Source: an uncultured virus (IMG/VR IMGVR_UViG_3300020050_008348) (lineage: Duplodnaviria; Heunggongvirae; Uroviricota; Caudoviricetes). Taken from it: a DNA stretch of 64,000 bases. How positions within the stretch are numbered: the stretch's first letter is position 1; every line of letters begins with the position of its first letter. The notes under the pieces are model-generated. The model was not told the origin of the DNA. It worked only from the letters and a program-made list of their open reading frames with translations, and made no database searches. Both the position numbers and the translations under genes were made by a program. The stretch lies in the IMG/VR virus record IMGVR_UViG_3300020050_008348; one strand, given 5' to 3'. Below are positions 53,072 to 62,914 of the stretch, in pieces.

Positions 53072-53398
53072 ATGATAACTCAAACCAATTTAGTAGATTC
53101 AGTATTTAAATCAAATACTTATTATAGATGTAACTATAAAGATAGTTATTTAAATACAGCATTTGATGATTTACATGCTAAGTTTTTAAGACTTAAAGCA
53201 GAAGTATTAGCTAATAAAATTAAAGAATTAGGTTTACCTGTAAATGAAACAGTACCATCAAGCTATGAAATGCGTACTTATCCAGATAAATGTGAATTTT
53301 GGTACACACCCGACAAGATATTAATAGTTACTTTTTATACACCTATATTAAGTACAAATGAATTTGATACGATTAACATTAGTTTAAATTATAGATAA
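53072..53398 (+). CDS. Hypothetical protein
   Basis: ORF within the operon. Confidence 0.6.
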   Translation: MITQTNLVDSVFKSNTYYRCNYKDSYLNTAFDDLHAKFLRLKAEVLANKIKELGLPVNETVPSSYEMRTYPDKCEFWYTPDKILIVTFYTPILSTNEFDTINISLNYR

Positions 53399-53400
53399 TC

Positions 53401-53742
53401 ATGCAACTAACATCAGACCCAATAGTACTATCTGTTATAGATAAAATCAATACACGTAGTCAAGTAGGTATCACTAAATACGGTACTACACTACAAGATA
53501 ATAATACAGATGATTTCTTGAAACATTTACAAGAAGAATTAATGGATGCTGTAAATTATATAGAGAAGTTACAAACAAAAAATACTGATATTAAACGAGT
53601 ACTTCATCAAGTAGCAATAGCATATTGTGTTGCTCATAATATACCATATACAAGTACAGAAGTTGATGTGACAGACTTATTACCAGAGGACAGAAGGAAA
53701 TTTTTTGAATTTGACAGTATGTTAAAATTGATTTTTAAATAG
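53401..53742 (+). CDS. All-alpha NTP pyrophosphatase-like protein
   Basis: 'RS.VG..KYGTTL...FLKHLQEELMDAV.Y'. Confidence 0.6.
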   Translation: MQLTSDPIVLSVIDKINTRSQVGITKYGTTLQDNNTDDFLKHLQEELMDAVNYIEKLQTKNTDIKRVLHQVAIAYCVAHNIPYTSTEVDVTDLLPEDRRKFFEFDSMLKLIFK

Positions 53743-53748
53743 TGATTA

Positions 53749-56436
53749 ATGGTACTCCCCCTACTCATAACTATATTAATAATACTACTTATTATATTAA
53801 CAGTTGTACTATGGTTAGGTACATATATAGTAGTACAAAGCAATACTAATATTGAATTAACTATTGCTCAAAAAGAGTATGATAAACTTGTTGAATTGAT
53901 TATAGTAACAGGTAGCACTATTAGACAGTATGAGTATAGTAATCCACATAAAGATTATACAGAGATAGTTGAGTTTTATGAACGTAAAAGTATTGATTTG
54001 AAGTACTTTTTATTGTGTAATAAACAACCGATTAATAAACATTTTAATTTTGAAGAATTTAATAAAACAGTATTCAAATGAGACTACAAGATATAGTAGA
54101 AGAATTAAGACAAATAGAATCTCATGTACAATCTCCATATAGCTTAGTAGAAGTAATAGATAAATTAAACTATTACATTGATACTACTGATAAAAGAATA
54201 TATGAAGATATTACTAAGAATATGTTGAAAGGTATGATACGACCATATCGTAGATGTGGTAATACTACAAGATTAGTTGATTATTATATACAGAAATTCT
54301 TTGAAGAAGGTATAATATTAGTAGATGATGTCCAGTCAAATTCACAAATATTTACATCAAATTCAGAAAGACAAAGGTTGTTTGGAACAATTCAACAAAG
54401 ATTATACCATGAACATAGAAATGTTGTAGATAATGTTGAATTTAATAGTAATTGTTATATAATTAGATTTAAAGAGATTGTAAATGGAATACCTTGTACA
54501 GACCCAAGACTAAAAGGTTACACAATGTTTAATCCAAATGGTAAATCAAGAATTGAAGAACAGTTTGATTTTAAAGATGAAGATATTACAAGTATAAAAG
54601 ATTCAACATTAAATGATGCTATGGTTAAATATTTAAAAGAAAGACCTGTTGCAACAGGTGTACCAATAGAACATGAATTACCGTTAGCTAATAAATCAAA
54701 AATTAAATATGGATAAGACAATAATAGGAAATGGTGGTAAACTACCAGATACACATATAGCTGATTTAGATTTTGGTATTGATAAAGAATCTTTATTAAA
54801 GATGTGGGAAATGATACAACCAAAGTTTAATGAAGAACTTAGTAAACGATTTGGCAAATGTGTTATATATGGTACAAGTCCAGAAGAAGAATCAAATAGT
54901 GAATGGTTTAAAGATTTATTTATGAATCCAGAAGCATTTAATACAGTACCAATTGAAGATGTTTGGAATGATGAAACAATAAGAACAGAATATACAGTTA
55001 CAAATAGTGGTACAACTTCTAAAATATATTTTAAACCAGTAAATAATAAAGAACAATGAATATAGGTGAAAAACTTTTTGATATGTGGATGGATAAACAT
55101 TATCCATATTTTTATATTACAACAGGTATTATAACTTTAATTAGTTATATGTTGATAGCAGCATCAATTATATCTGTCTTTTGGGTAGGTGATTGGTGGA
55201 AGTATTTGTTAATATCTTTACTAATTACTGTTACTATAAAGTTTGTAGTACATATAGCTTTAAAAAGTTATTTTATTCCACAATGGTTAAATAATAAGTA
55301 GTATGAATAAAGCAATTCAAAGTAGTGTATTAAACGTTGAAATTATAAATACTACCCCTATTGGTGGTAAATTAAATTGGTTTGAAAAACTAATAGCTAA
55401 AGTATTTAAAACTAAAGTAGTATATACTAATCATTATAAATGTAAATTTACAATTAGTTTACCTAACTATTATAAATCAAATGATATAATTGTAAGTAAT
55501 AGTAATTGTATTGGTTGGCAGATATTAGAAGTTAATACTGATAGTATAATAGTTGTTACGTTAAAACCAGTAGAAGTGTCAATACCTATAACCACTATTT
55601 CTAAAATCATGTTAATATCAAGTACTTACAATGAAGGAAGGTAATATAAAAACATTTAACGTAAATGGCGTGACTATATCACAAGTATTTAATCCAATGC
55701 TTGATATAGTATCAGATAATATTATTGGTTTTACAGAATATTCACTTACAATGTTTACAGGAAATGATGGTTATGTACCAGTAGATAGTGATAAACAATT
55801 AATAGTTCATCCATTTACTAATAATAAATATAGTATTGGGTGTGTTCCAATTACAGGTAATCGTTCAGCTATTGTATTTAAAAGAGGTCGTGCTACATGG
55901 TTTGGATTACTTAGTTATTTCAATAATATCATATGGTAGGAAGATGATGATAATACTATTGGTAAATTAATTAGAGAATCTGATAGTATTATTACAACTG
56001 AATATTTAACTAAAGAACAAATAAAAGAAAGATATGGAAAATAAAGAATTAAGTTGGTTAGAACAAGCAGAAATAAAATGTTTAAAACAATTGGAAACTG
56101 ATTTACAACAGTTTTTATCTGATATATTTGATGTTAAACGATTTCAAAATGAAGATAAGAACTTAGTAGCATGGACAGAAAGCGAAGAATTAGTAGATGA
56201 TTTTCATAAAGCAATAAAATTAGAGTTACAAGATGGAAAAGAATCCTTATGATATGCACATTACTAAATCAATAGGTATTAATATATCTAATTGGACAGT
56301 AGAAGAACAATCTGAATTGTTCGATAAGTTGAAAGAAGCTAATATTGGTTTCACCATAAATAATGATAATGACATACCAACAACAACTACACACTCCACA
56401 ATGGACAGCAAAGAGATTACAGATATTCAAACGTGA
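53749..56436 (+). other. Hypothetical ORFs (53749-54081, 54078-54716, 55056-55301, 55303-55644, 55631-55939, 56034-56252, 56233-56436)
   Basis: Tightly coupled, co-oriented ORFs. Confidence 0.6.
54709..55059 (+). CDS. Small protein homologous to an internal segment of TerL
   Basis: GKCVIYGT...FKDLFMNPEAFN..IEDVWND aligns with TerL GQLLVFGT...FSEMFYSPEQFN..FENIWDE. Confidence 0.6.
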   Translation: MDKTIIGNGGKLPDTHIADLDFGIDKESLLKMWEMIQPKFNEELSKRFGKCVIYGTSPEEESNSEWFKDLFMNPEAFNTVPIEDVWNDETIRTEYTVTNSGTTSKIYFKPVNNKEQ

Positions 56437-56644
56437 TAAGTTTTCATGTAGGGTTTGTCAATCTAAGATTAGTATTCAAGTACACCATATAATATACGTG
56501 GATGGAAAGATGTGCTGGCAATATCCTAATAGTTTGTTGATTACTTTGTGTAGTGCTTGTCACAAGAAGCAACACACTAACTTCCCAACTATTATTGTTA
56601 GTGGGAAATCATTAAGTTTTAAAATAAATAAAAAAGAGAAATAA
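56363..56644 (+). CDS. HNH endonuclease
   Basis: RD.F.CRVC...VHH..Y...WQYP...LITLCSACH. Confidence 0.85.
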   Translation: MIMTYQQQLHTPQWTAKRLQIFKRDKFSCRVCQSKISIQVHHIIYVDGKMCWQYPNSLLITLCSACHKKQHTNFPTIIVSGKSLSFKINKKEK

Positions 56645-56824
56645 AATGGCAATACATATTATACCAGTTAATGACTTAAAAGAACATGAAGAAAATTCTA
56701 CGTGTGAGTGTCAACCTACATTAATTATGGAGAATGGAGAAATGATATTTGTTCATAATTCTTATGATGGTAGAGAACTCTATGAAGAAATAGAAGAAAT
56801 TAATAACAACTTAAATTAATAATA

Positions 56825-57899
56825 ATGGCAACAATATTTCGTAAGTATTTTAGAACAAGAGATTATGAAGATATAGCACATATAGAAGTAGCTACAAATC
56901 ATAGAATTATTAACTGTAAATTAGATTTTGATGAACTTGGTGATGGTTCTACAATTAGTATTATTTTATCAGCTTGGTTTTTTATTTACATAGGGTTTAA
57001 TGTTAAAGCTAAATGGTTTTGGAATTTACTAAGAAAAATAAATAAACCAAACACAGGTAACTCTAAATATGTTGAAAGAAGTATGGGTTTTAGCTTTTCA
57101 GATTGGACTTTGCGTATATCTATATGGGAAGATGAAACAGGTTGGTCAAGAAGTAATCCTAAATGGTGGGCTTTTTATATAGATTTTAAGAAACTACTAT
57201 TAGGTAAAGAGACTTACAGCAAGAAGTACATACAAGAAAAGATGTTTGATATACCATTAAGAGAAGGTGTGTACTCATGTTTAATTCAAGAGTTTGAATC
57301 ATATTGGAAGTATAAACGATTTGGATGTTTTGCTAATAAAAAGATTACAAGATATGATTGTTTGTTTGGTAGAGAAGTGAATAAAGATAATAAGTTCGAT
57401 AAGTGGAGATATTCTAATAAATTTGAATGGTCATATGAAGATGTACCCGATGATGGTAGAAATATAACTTATTGGATTGATGAATATGTACCAGCAACAT
57501 CTAAACCTAAATGGAACGATGATTCAACAGGTAGTGTTTGTGGTTTTGCAAAAGCTAAATCTATAAATGAAGCAGCTTCGATGTTACTACAAGATTTATT
57601 TCACTCACGATTACAATACTTTGGTGATAAATATGAACCAACAACTAAAACTGTACAACAGTAAACAGTTTAATGCACAGGCTTTACAGTTACTCGACTG
57701 TAAGGCTTGTTTAGTTTTAATGAGAAATATAAATCTTCAATACTTTCTGAATAGTATTCATATTGGAGATACTATATTCTACTTAGATAATGACTTATTC
57801 ACATCATTTTGTATAACAGAACAAGTCTTAAAGGATAGACATATAAGGTTAACAAAAGGTAGATTTATAATAATTGATGATTGGTATGTATTACTGTAA
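56825..57899 (+). other. Hypothetical ORFs (56825-57664, Trp-rich; 57633-57899)
   Basis: Open ORFs on the coding strand. Confidence 0.6.
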
Positions 57900-57978
57900 A
57901 AATATTCAGTAAAATATGTACAGTATTCAAGATTAAATGTATCTTTGTCTTAAAGTTCAACAAGTAACTATGTAAATA

Positions 57979-58332
57979 ATGATAACAAGTACAAGTAAAA
58001 CGTTGAAACTCAATAGATTAGACTACTATATTACACATTTGAAGATTATAAACAGTATAGTGTCTTTTGAGTTGACGGATAAAGAAATAAATGTATTGGC
58101 ACACTTTCTATCAATGGAAGGTGATATACGTAAAGATTTGTTTGGTTCAACAAGTCGTAAATTAGTACGTGAGCAATGTAATATTACATTATCTGGACTA
58201 ACTAATTACTTGAATAGTTTACAAGTAAAGAGATGTGTAATTAGAGATGAACTTGGTAATTTAAGATTACACGCACTAATTGATATTAATAGTACAACAC
58301 ATACATATAATTTAACATTAACTATGAAATGA
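57979..58332 (+). CDS. Winged-HTH DNA-binding protein
   Basis: 'LTDKEINVLA...RKLVREQCNIT..GLTNYLNSL..K'; preceded by TATCTTTG at 57940. Confidence 0.55.
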   Translation: MITSTSKTLKLNRLDYYITHLKIINSIVSFELTDKEINVLAHFLSMEGDIRKDLFGSTSRKLVREQCNITLSGLTNYLNSLQVKRCVIRDELGNLRLHALIDINSTTHTYNLTLTMK

Positions 58333-58333
58333 T

Positions 58334-58741
58334 ATGAGTTTAATAACATGGCAATCATTAATTCCTGTTGTTGAAGGACATACTAAAGAAGAATGTACAG
58401 CAACAGTTGAAGAACATTTTTATCATCGTAGAGTGTTACTTGAAGATGGTTATGATACTGATTTTAAGATTCATCGAAAGCATCTATTTACTATTACATT
58501 AAAAGGTGCGTATAGTGCAGTTCAATGGTTTAATGCTAAAGGATTAAATCTTGACACAATACCAAGTGAGTTTGGTAAGACTAAGTATAGATTATTTACT
58601 AAGTTTGTAGAACGTAAACGAGCTATTAGAGCTTCTGATAAAATTGATAGAGGTGCTAAAATAAAAGATATAGGAGATGGTACAGTTAAAACATATCGTA
58701 AAACTCTTCCGAAAACTAAATCGAGTAAGCCAAATATTTGA
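58334..58741 (+). CDS. Basic hypothetical protein (possibly divergent HU/IHF-like)
   Basis: Basic composition and position upstream of the packaging genes; motif match is weak. Confidence 0.35.
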   Translation: MSLITWQSLIPVVEGHTKEECTATVEEHFYHRRVLLEDGYDTDFKIHRKHLFTITLKGAYSAVQWFNAKGLNLDTIPSEFGKTKYRLFTKFVERKRAIRASDKIDRGAKIKDIGDGTVKTYRKTLPKTKSSKPNI

Positions 58742-59027
58742 TTATATACAAGGTACATCATTACAATGGTTACATGATAATCATAGAAGATTAATACCTA
58801 CGTATATATTAGAACAGTATTACTATCGGTTGAATATAATGGATAGAGAATGTTTGTTCAATGGACAATGTAAGTTGTGTGGTTGTAATACACCAGCATT
58901 ACAGTTTGCATTTAAAGCATGTGATGGTAAATGTTATCTACGATTGATGAATCCTTTTAAGTGGAAAAGATTCAAAAGAGAGCACCCTTATGTATTAATG
59001 TTAATAAACAAATTTAATAATGAGTAA
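58677..59027 (+). CDS. Cys-rich zinc-binding protein
   Basis: C...G.C..CGC........C...CY. Confidence 0.65.
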   Translation: MVQLKHIVKLFRKLNRVSQIFDYIQGTSLQWLHDNHRRLIPTYILEQYYYRLNIMDRECLFNGQCKLCGCNTPALQFAFKACDGKCYLRLMNPFKWKRFKREHPYVLMLINKFNNE

Positions 59028-59352
59028 TCCAGTTTATTCTACATTTGATTTTTATGAAGCAGATTTAGGTATTGTAGCTGAAAGGTCTGTTGTAAGTGGT
59101 ATATTTAAGTTTCAACCAATAGCAGAGAATAATCCAAAGTATCTATTTAATATACCTTCATGTGGTTGTTTAAGTGGTGATTGGAAAGATAATGTATTAA
59201 CCATTAAATATGCTGTTGGTGCTATTGGTGCATTTCATAAAGATTTAGGTATTACAGAATTACCACAAGCTAAATCAGTAAGTGTATTTATTGAAGAACA
59301 TGGTATTCAGAAAGAACATGTATTAACACTTAAAGCTAAAATAGTCCTATGA
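59020..59352 (+). CDS. DUF1573-like Ig-fold protein
   Basis: 'PSCGC' motif in a beta-rich ~110-aa protein. Confidence 0.55.
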   Translation: MSNPVYSTFDFYEADLGIVAERSVVSGIFKFQPIAENNPKYLFNIPSCGCLSGDWKDNVLTIKYAVGAIGAFHKDLGITELPQAKSVSVFIEEHGIQKEHVLTLKAKIVL

Positions 59353-60014
59353 TAAAAGCATTTATAAAGAGCAATCAGTACGTAGGTAAGCGTAATTGGT
59401 TGTTTCCCACTAATAATATTAGACAGATTGTACTCCACCACACACAGGGAAGTACAGCAGATGGAGCTATTGAGTGGTGGGGATTAACACCAGATAAAGT
59501 AGGTACTAACTTTATTATAGATAAAGATGGTACTGTTATCAATACTATTCCTGTTGAGTGTTGGGCTTATACATTAGGTATGTCAAGTGCATCTAATAAT
59601 ATACCAAGTGTTTATAAGACTACTAAGTACGCACGTAATATAGAACAGATGGGAATATCTATTGAAATGGTGTGTGAAGGAGAGTTGGTAAATATGGGTT
59701 CTGATAAATACTTGTTTGAAGATGGTGGTAGATTTATTGATAAAAGTAAGGTTACTATATTAGATAAACCACATAGAGCATATACATGTTATGCTTCTTA
59801 TACTATTGAACAGATTAAGTCTTTAGAGGTATTATTGAAGCAACTATCAAGCGACCACTCTATTCCTATTAGTGGGGAACATAAGATATTCGACATTAAT
59901 TATAAAGCTCTACAAGGAGAAAAAGGTATTTATTCTCATGTATGCTATCGTAGTAAGGATAAGACAGATGTATTCCCACAACCAGAATTAATAACTATGC
60001 TAAATAACTTGTAA
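59349..60014 (+). CDS. N-acetylmuramoyl-L-alanine amidase (endolysin)
   Basis: IVLHHT, 'F.IDKDG', 'SIEM', 'YT.EQ..SL', 'SH...K.D..P'. Confidence 0.88.
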   Translation: MIKAFIKSNQYVGKRNWLFPTNNIRQIVLHHTQGSTADGAIEWWGLTPDKVGTNFIIDKDGTVINTIPVECWAYTLGMSSASNNIPSVYKTTKYARNIEQMGISIEMVCEGELVNMGSDKYLFEDGGRFIDKSKVTILDKPHRAYTCYASYTIEQIKSLEVLLKQLSSDHSIPISGEHKIFDINYKALQGEKGIYSHVCYRSKDKTDVFPQPELITMLNNL

Positions 60015-60548
60015 ATGAAATGGGTTTATGTAGATAATTATATTGTAAGACCAACACTTGATGCTCTTACAATAAAAGAAATAGCTAAGTGGTTTCAAGA
60101 TAATCCAGATATAGGTATTACTAAGTTGACTTATATATATCATATGTGTGATTTTAACTCACAATATGAAGGATATAGTGATGATATTAAGCATGATAAG
60201 ATATGTGAGTTTATTATCAGAGATAAGAACTTTCAAGTAGATGATGAAATCAAGTGGTTAATTACTAAGTATAGAGAAACACAAGAAGAAGAATCACCTA
60301 CATTATCATTATATCAAAACGCTAAAGATGTATTATACAAGTTTGCTGAATACTACAAAGGTATAGATTTTGATGAAAGAGATTTGAAAGGTCAACCTGT
60401 ATATAAAGCATCAGAAGTAGCTATGTCATTAGGTAAAGTTGGAGCTATGATGAAAGCATATGATGATATGAAAGAACGTGTTAAGAAAGAAATCTTTAGT
60501 ACTAACAAAACAAAAGGTGATAGAGCTATAAACAAATTTGAAAGATGA
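60015..60548 (+). CDS. Helical protein upstream of TerL (possible small terminase subunit)
   Basis: Position and helical character; assignment is from context only. Confidence 0.45.
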   Translation: MKWVYVDNYIVRPTLDALTIKEIAKWFQDNPDIGITKLTYIYHMCDFNSQYEGYSDDIKHDKICEFIIRDKNFQVDDEIKWLITKYRETQEEESPTLSLYQNAKDVLYKFAEYYKGIDFDERDLKGQPVYKASEVAMSLGKVGAMMKAYDDMKERVKKEIFSTNKTKGDRAINKFER

Positions 60549-60865
60549 TAATACCAGATATAATTAATAGTAATACTATTGATAGTAGACCAACAATAGC
60601 TGATACTTTTGATAATGAAAGTAGTCAAAAAGCATATTATCGTATCGGTATGGGAGATTTGCTTGATATGCAAAAAGCAAAAGACAACACTATTGTGAAT
60701 AATAGTAATGTTAAAGTACATTCAAGTTCTTTATTCAGTAAAGATAATTTTATAGGATTGTTTGATTGGTTAGAATCAGTAGATGATGGATTTCAATGGT
60801 TGGATAATTTATTAACAGGTAAATTATTTGTACCTTCTAAAATAGTATATAACGAGTATATTTAA
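60545..60865 (+). CDS. Hypothetical protein
   Basis: Coupled ORF before TerL. Confidence 0.55.
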   Translation: MIIPDIINSNTIDSRPTIADTFDNESSQKAYYRIGMGDLLDMQKAKDNTIVNNSNVKVHSSSLFSKDNFIGLFDWLESVDDGFQWLDNLLTGKLFVPSKIVYNEYI

Positions 60866-60868
60866 ACT

Positions 60869-62914
60869 ATGGGAGTAACTAATAGTATTCGTAATAAAGA
60901 TGGATATTGGATTAATTCTGCAATATTTACAGAAGAAGCTGCTCATTTTCAGAAGTATGGATATTATTGTGCTGCACCAGAAGATAGTATTGAATATGAG
61001 CAGTATTGGGAAGAACAACTTAGAAGATGTATAGAAGGTTATTCATCTGGTGGTGGATTTATTACAGGACATCATTACAACTATTTGAATTTTAGTAGAA
61101 TTAAGAAATCTACTGGTAGTGGTAAAAAAAGTAGAAGTAAAGAAGCAGAATTTCCAAGTTTTTATGATGGTGATTACGATTACTACCATATAATAGATAT
61201 AGCAAGATATGGTTGTACAGAAGAACATCTGAAAGGATTACAGTTAGAAAACAATCCATTACAGATAGATGGTGGACATCATTTAATAGTAGGTAAAGCG
61301 AGACGTAAAGGTTATTCGTATAAAAATGCAGCTATTGTATCAAATGTATATAATACCGATAGAGATAGTATATCACTATTAGGTGCTTATGAAAGTAAGT
61401 ATTTATATCCAGAAGGTACTATGGCTATGGTTATGAGTAATCTTAACTTTATTAATCAACATACAGCTTGGGGTAAAAAGAGAGATTTTGTTAATCAGAT
61501 AGCTCATATTAAAGCGTCTTTTAAGGAAGAAGAAAGAGGTGTACCCGTTGAAAAAGGTTATAAGTCACAAGTAATATGTGCAACATTTAATGCTAATTCA
61601 GAAGCAGCTAAAGGTAAAGATGCTACATTAGTATTATTTGAAGAAGCTGGTGTATTTGATAATCTTAAAGCATCTTACTTAGCAACTAAGTCAACAGTAG
61701 AAGATGGTATTTATACTACGGGACAATTACTGGTATTTGGTACAGGCGGTAATATGGATTCTGGTAGTAAGGATTTTTCAGAAATGTTTTACTCACCAGA
61801 ACAGTTTAATGCACTATCATTTGAGAATATATGGGATGAAGATTCAAGTGGTACATTTTGTAGTTTCTTTGTACCACAATGGAAAAATAAAACAGGATTA
61901 ATAGATGAACAAGGTAATTCTTTAAAGACAGAAGCATTAGAATATGATAATAATATACGTATAGGTATCAGTAAATCTGCTAATAGTAGTGGTACATTAG
62001 TATCACACGCACAAGAGAATCCTAACAGCCCAGCAGAAGCATTTGTTATCAAAAGTTTTAATGATTTCCCTATTCAAGAATTAAATGCACGATTATCACA
62101 ATTAAAACGTGATAACAAATACATTATTTATGGACAACCTGTATATTTGCAGAAAGTTGAAGGGAAAGCGAGTATTAGACCAGATTTAAAGAATGAGTTA
62201 AAACCACTTTGGTTTAAAAATGATAGAGGTGAAGGTTGTGTAGTAATATATGAAGCACCTATTACAGCACCACCAAGAAATATGTATTGTATTGGTTATG
62301 ACCCATATAGACAAGATATAGGTACATCAAATGCTGGTGTATATGTTTATAAGAAAGCTAATGGATTATCTCAATCACAAAACAAGATAGTTGCATCATT
62401 TATAGGTCGTCCTAAGACATTTGATACGTGTAATTATATAGTAGAGTTATTATCAGAACTGTATAATTGTGATATAATGTATGAGAATGAAGTACCAGAT
62501 GTAGTAACTTATTTTCGTAATAGAAACAAATTACATTATCTCGCACTACAACCAGATTCGGTAATTTCAGCAGTAGTAGCTAATAGTAAAGTCAAGCGTA
62601 TTTATGGTATGCACATGACTGATAAAATTAAAGATGCTGGTGAAAAGTATGTTAAAAAATGGTTATTGACAGTTATTGATTACGATGAATATGGAAATGA
62701 AATTACTAATTTAGACCGATTAGAAGATGTTGGTCTAATTGAAGAATTAATAAAATACAGTCGTAAAGGCAATTTTGACCGCGTCATGTCCTTTTTTCAA
62801 ATTATGTTTCAATTAGAATCTGATACAAATGATGATAACTATGCTAACCGAGAAGATACAGAAGAAAGTATTTTTGATAGATTAATAAACTTAACATTTA
62901 ATAATGCAAATTAA
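60869..62914 (+). CDS. terL: Terminase large subunit
   Basis: Walker A KARRKGYS, Walker B LFEEAG, 'FGTGG', nuclease GYDPY and NFDRV. Confidence 0.92.
   Translation: MGVTNSIRNKDGYWINSAIFTEEAAHFQKYGYYCAAPEDSIEYEQYWEEQLRRCIEGYSSGGGFITGHHYNYLNFSRIKKSTGSGKKSRSKEAEFPSFYDGDYDYYHIIDIARYGCTEEHLKGLQLENNPLQIDGGHHLIVGKARRKGYSYKNAAIVSNVYNTDRDSISLLGAYESKYLYPEGTMAMVMSNLNFINQHTAWGKKRDFVNQIAHIKASFKEEERGVPVEKGYKSQVICATFNANSEAAKGKDATLVLFEEAGVFDNLKASYLATKSTVEDGIYTTGQLLVFGTGGNMDSGSKDFSEMFYSPEQFNALSFENIWDEDSSGTFCSFFVPQWKNKTGLIDEQGNSLKTEALEYDNNIRIGISKSANSSGTLVSHAQENPNSPAEAFVIKSFNDFPIQELNARLSQLKRDNKYIIYGQPVYLQKVEGKASIRPDLKNELKPLWFKNDRGEGCVVIYEAPITAPPRNMYCIGYDPYRQDIGTSNAGVYVYKKANGLSQSQNKIVASFIGRPKTFDTCNYIVELLSELYNCDIMYENEVPDVVTYFRNRNKLHYLALQPDSVISAVVANSKVKRIYGMHMTDKIKDAGEKYVKKWLLTVIDYDEYGNEITNLDRLEDVGLIEELIKYSRKGNFDRVMSFFQIMFQLESDTNDDNYANREDTEESIFDRLINLTFNNAN

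Noticed and set aside
1178..62052. Many short antisense ORFs in the ORF track (e.g. 1684-2124, 3241-3618, 23155-23517, 54696-55100, 61789-62052)
   Set aside because: They shadow well-supported genes on the opposite strand and have no recognisable motifs
37912..62914. Introns or inteins in PolB, the helicases or TerL
   Set aside because: These genes are contiguous, of ordinary length, and show no intein-type insertions
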